Source: a virus
Taxonomy: Duplodnaviria; Caudoviricetes
Reading direction: 5' to 3' (one strand)
DNA: 47,198 nucleotides
IMG/VR virus record: IMGVR_UViG_3300021476_000007
Location: 1 to 47,198 of that record
The notes under the pieces are model-generated. The model saw only the letters and a program-made list of their open reading frames with translations, ran no database searches and was not told the origin of the DNA. How positions within the stretch are numbered: the stretch's first letter is position 1; each line of letters opens with the position of its first letter. A program made the translations under genes and the position numbers. This document shows positions 45,245 through 47,198 of this stretch, piece by piece.

Positions 45245-45916
45245 ATGGCCGATCAAACCTTTGTCGATAACACTACCGTAGTCAACGCGGCGGGCTTCCT
45301 TCAGCCCGTGAACGACGCCGTCTACAAGGGGGTCAACCCCATCTACGTCACGTCGGGCGGCACCGCCAACGCACAGACTGTCACCCTCCCGGCCAGCGTC
45401 CTTGCCACTGTAGCGACGGGGTCTGCTTTCACCTTCAAGGCGGGCTTAACTAATACTGGGGCCCTCACCCTCTCCATCATTGGGCAGGTCACGGTCGCGG
45501 CCCAGCCCGTCCACCTCGGCGCCAACGCGCTGATCGGCGGGGAGGTCCGTGCCGGAGACGTAGTAACAGTCTGGTGGGACGGCACGAACTTCCAACTCAT
45601 GCCCACGGAGTCCCTGCCCAGTCTCGTGCGGGCGTGGATCAACTTCTCGGCGACCGGCGGGGTGATCTCCACGAACCAAGCCTACGGGCTCAGCGTGGTC
45701 CGCAACAGCGTGGGGAATTACACCGTCACCATCACCAATGCCCTCGCGGCAGCCACGTACTGTGTCTCCGTGATGGGGTTCCTGTCGGGCCACTTTATCA
45801 TCACCTCGGGGCCCTCCGCGAAGTCCACCTCGGCCTTCACCTTCACGACCGCCAACGAGGCGGCAACCCTGGTGGACCCGACCGAAATCGACGTGATTGT
45901 GGTGGGGCAGCGATAA
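45245..45916 (+). CDS. Short tail fibre / tail accessory protein
   Basis: GGTANAQT, FKAGLTNTGALTL, WDGTNFQL, RAWINF, GNYTVT motifs common in tail fibres. Confidence 0.65.
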   Translation: MADQTFVDNTTVVNAAGFLQPVNDAVYKGVNPIYVTSGGTANAQTVTLPASVLATVATGSAFTFKAGLTNTGALTLSIIGQVTVAAQPVHLGANALIGGEVRAGDVVTVWWDGTNFQLMPTESLPSLVRAWINFSATGGVISTNQAYGLSVVRNSVGNYTVTITNALAAATYCVSVMGFLSGHFIITSGPSAKSTSAFTFTTANEAATLVDPTEIDVIVVGQR

Positions 45917-46164
45917 TGATTCCATTCCTCCGCGACGCTATAATCGCCTGCTCGGCTGCCGCCGCAACCGCAGTGGGTTCCCAATTCGTCACCGTGGCAC
46001 GGCTGGGCACCGCTGTCGAGTCCCTCCAAGAGGGTCAGAAGTCCGCCGCCGAAGTGATCCAACGCATTGACGAGCGCCTCTCGCGCATCGAAGGAAGACT
46101 ATATGTTCCGCTACCTCCGCAACCTGTGGCTCCTCCCGTGGCTCATTCTGGACCAGGGCGCTAA
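45916..46164 (+). CDS. Small membrane plus coiled-coil protein (holin/antiholin-like)
   Basis: TAATG-coupled; hydrophobic N-terminus, RIDERLSRIEG. Confidence 0.5.
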   Translation: MIPFLRDAIIACSAAAATAVGSQFVTVARLGTAVESLQEGQKSAAEVIQRIDERLSRIEGRLYVPLPPQPVAPPVAHSGPGR

Positions 46165-46390
46165 CACCTTCCTGGGGCCCGTGTTCAACTGCTTCCTGCC
46201 GCCGGACGCCGCCCACCGCTTTGGGGACCCGGGCGAGACGATCAGCAGCGTGCTCGGGAAGAACATCCACGGCGCCGACCCCAAATGTAAAGCATGCGTT
46301 GCAATCTGCCGACTTTTGAACAGAATGCTTGGCCCCAACCATTGCCTCGTGGCCGAGGACGACCATCAAGGAACCATGCAAGATGAATAA
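46103..46390 (+). CDS. Conserved phage hypothetical protein
   Basis: LDQGANT...GDPGETISS...C..L....NHC pattern; GAAGGAAG RBS. Confidence 0.65.
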   Translation: MFRYLRNLWLLPWLILDQGANTFLGPVFNCFLPPDAAHRFGDPGETISSVLGKNIHGADPKCKACVAICRLLNRMLGPNHCLVAEDDHQGTMQDE

Positions 46391-46832
46391 CCTTCTTCCC
46401 TCTGGGGCCTGTCTGGCCCTTGTCAAGTCCTTCGAGACCTGTCGGCTTGTCGCCTACCAGGACGGTGCCGGGGTCTGGACAATCGGTTGGGGGCACACTC
46501 TCAACGTCCAGGAGGGCGACACCTGCGTACAGGAGATGGCCGACATGTGGCTCCAGATTGAACTGGAGAGTGCCGGCGCCTACGTCAACAGGCTGGTAGT
46601 AGTGGATCTCACCCAAGGCCAGTTCGACGCGCTGTCGAGCTTCTGCTACAACGAGGGGGTCGGTCGTTTGCGGTCCTCCACCCTGCTCCGATTGGTCAAC
46701 CAAGGCCGGTTCGACGAGGCAGGGAACGAGTTCGGGAAATGGGTGTATGCTGACGGGCAAGTAGAGAAGGGGCTGGTCCGGCGCCGCGCTGCCGAGCGCC
46801 AACTCTTCGACACTCCTGCCGGAACCTCGTAA
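46383..46832 (+). CDS. Endolysin, GH24 phage lysozyme
   Basis: FETCRLVAYQDGAGVWTIGWG (E-D-T triad), QFDALSSFCYN, GLVRRRAAE. Confidence 0.93.
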   Translation: MNNLLPSGACLALVKSFETCRLVAYQDGAGVWTIGWGHTLNVQEGDTCVQEMADMWLQIELESAGAYVNRLVVVDLTQGQFDALSSFCYNEGVGRLRSSTLLRLVNQGRFDEAGNEFGKWVYADGQVEKGLVRRRAAERQLFDTPAGTS

Positions 46833-46845
46833 CACGAACTCTCGT

Positions 46846-46871
46846 GTAAACTGAATCCGGCTCCGTGCGTT
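46846..46871 (+). promoter_or_regulatory. ECF-like promoter motif copy (GTAAACT-N15-CGTT)
   Basis: GTAAACTGAATCCGGCTCCGTGCGTT shares its last 12 nt with the copy at 14499-14524; intergenic, upstream of ATG 46900. Confidence 0.6.
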
Positions 46872-46899
46872 TACCCATTGTTGCCCTGCGAGGAATACC

Positions 46900-47169
46900 A
46901 TGACTTTCGCCCAACGCCTTGCCCTGCTTGACCAAGCCACTGCCGGTTTGAAGACCCATGCCGGTGTGATCGTCGCCTTCGGGTCCATGATCGCTCAAGC
47001 CTTCCACTACAACATAGACTTTTCGGCCTTGTTCAATGACGTGCAGAGTGGCGCAGCCACAGTCGGTATCCTCGGTGGCACGATTCTTGCTGTCGTCGGT
47101 CGTGTCGCCGCTGCGAAGCGTGCCGCGACCCCCGCCCCCGCACCATCCCCCACACCGGAGACCAAATGA
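46900..47169 (+). CDS. Holin-like two-TM protein
   Basis: Two hydrophobic segments; follows the endolysin; GAGGA RBS. Confidence 0.55.
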   Translation: MTFAQRLALLDQATAGLKTHAGVIVAFGSMIAQAFHYNIDFSALFNDVQSGAATVGILGGTILAVVGRVAAAKRAATPAPAPSPTPETK

Positions 47170-47198
47170 AAAGTCTGTCCGCTCTTGCCGCCAGCCTC
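47166..47198 (+). CDS. Truncated 5' end of a gene (MKSLSALAASL...)
   Basis: GGAG RBS, ATGA overlap, signal-peptide-like start; runs off the window. Confidence 0.55.
   Translation, partial: MKSLSALAASL

Noticed and set aside
1-47198. tRNA genes, integrase, repressor, phage RNA polymerase, stop-codon recoding
   Set aside because: No matching motifs seen by eye and genes are intact under the standard code; tRNAscan and HMM searches are needed to exclude them formally

Overview
The window is an almost complete, circularly permuted genome of a GC-rich tailed dsDNA phage. It is probably a podovirus (P22-like portal, gp4/gp10-like adaptors, ejection proteins, no tape measure), and I saw no integrase, repressor, RNA polymerase, tRNA or CRISPR array. 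Two arms diverge from a non-coding control region at about 18840-19700. The leftward arm (minus strand, 18839 to 2643) carries a MoxR-type AAA+/VWA-like pair, many small genes, a Cas4-like nuclease, an SPFH lipoprotein, a Sak4-like ATPase, a putative SSB, a UDG-fused family A DNA polymerase and a DUF3987-like ATPase. The rightward arm (19703 to 47198, continuing at 1 to 2764) carries the terminase, portal, GroES, capsid, tail and ejection genes, a PurD-like ATP-grasp ligase, lysis genes and a nucleotide-metabolism cassette. The strongest signals the ORF track does not explain are: (1) six copies of an ECF-sigma-like promoter motif GT(C/A)AAC(C/T)-N15/16-CGTT in front of replication and middle genes, with no recognisable phage sigma factor; (2) an ungapped 230-bp dyad centred on an AT-rich core in the control region; (3) a PolA with His at the 762-equivalent and Asp at the steric gate; (4) a PurD-fold ligase with a rewired substrate site next to a GNAT-bearing ejection protein; (5) strong CCTC/GAGG depletion in the first leftward genes. 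All protein family calls come from motif recognition by eye, not database searches.
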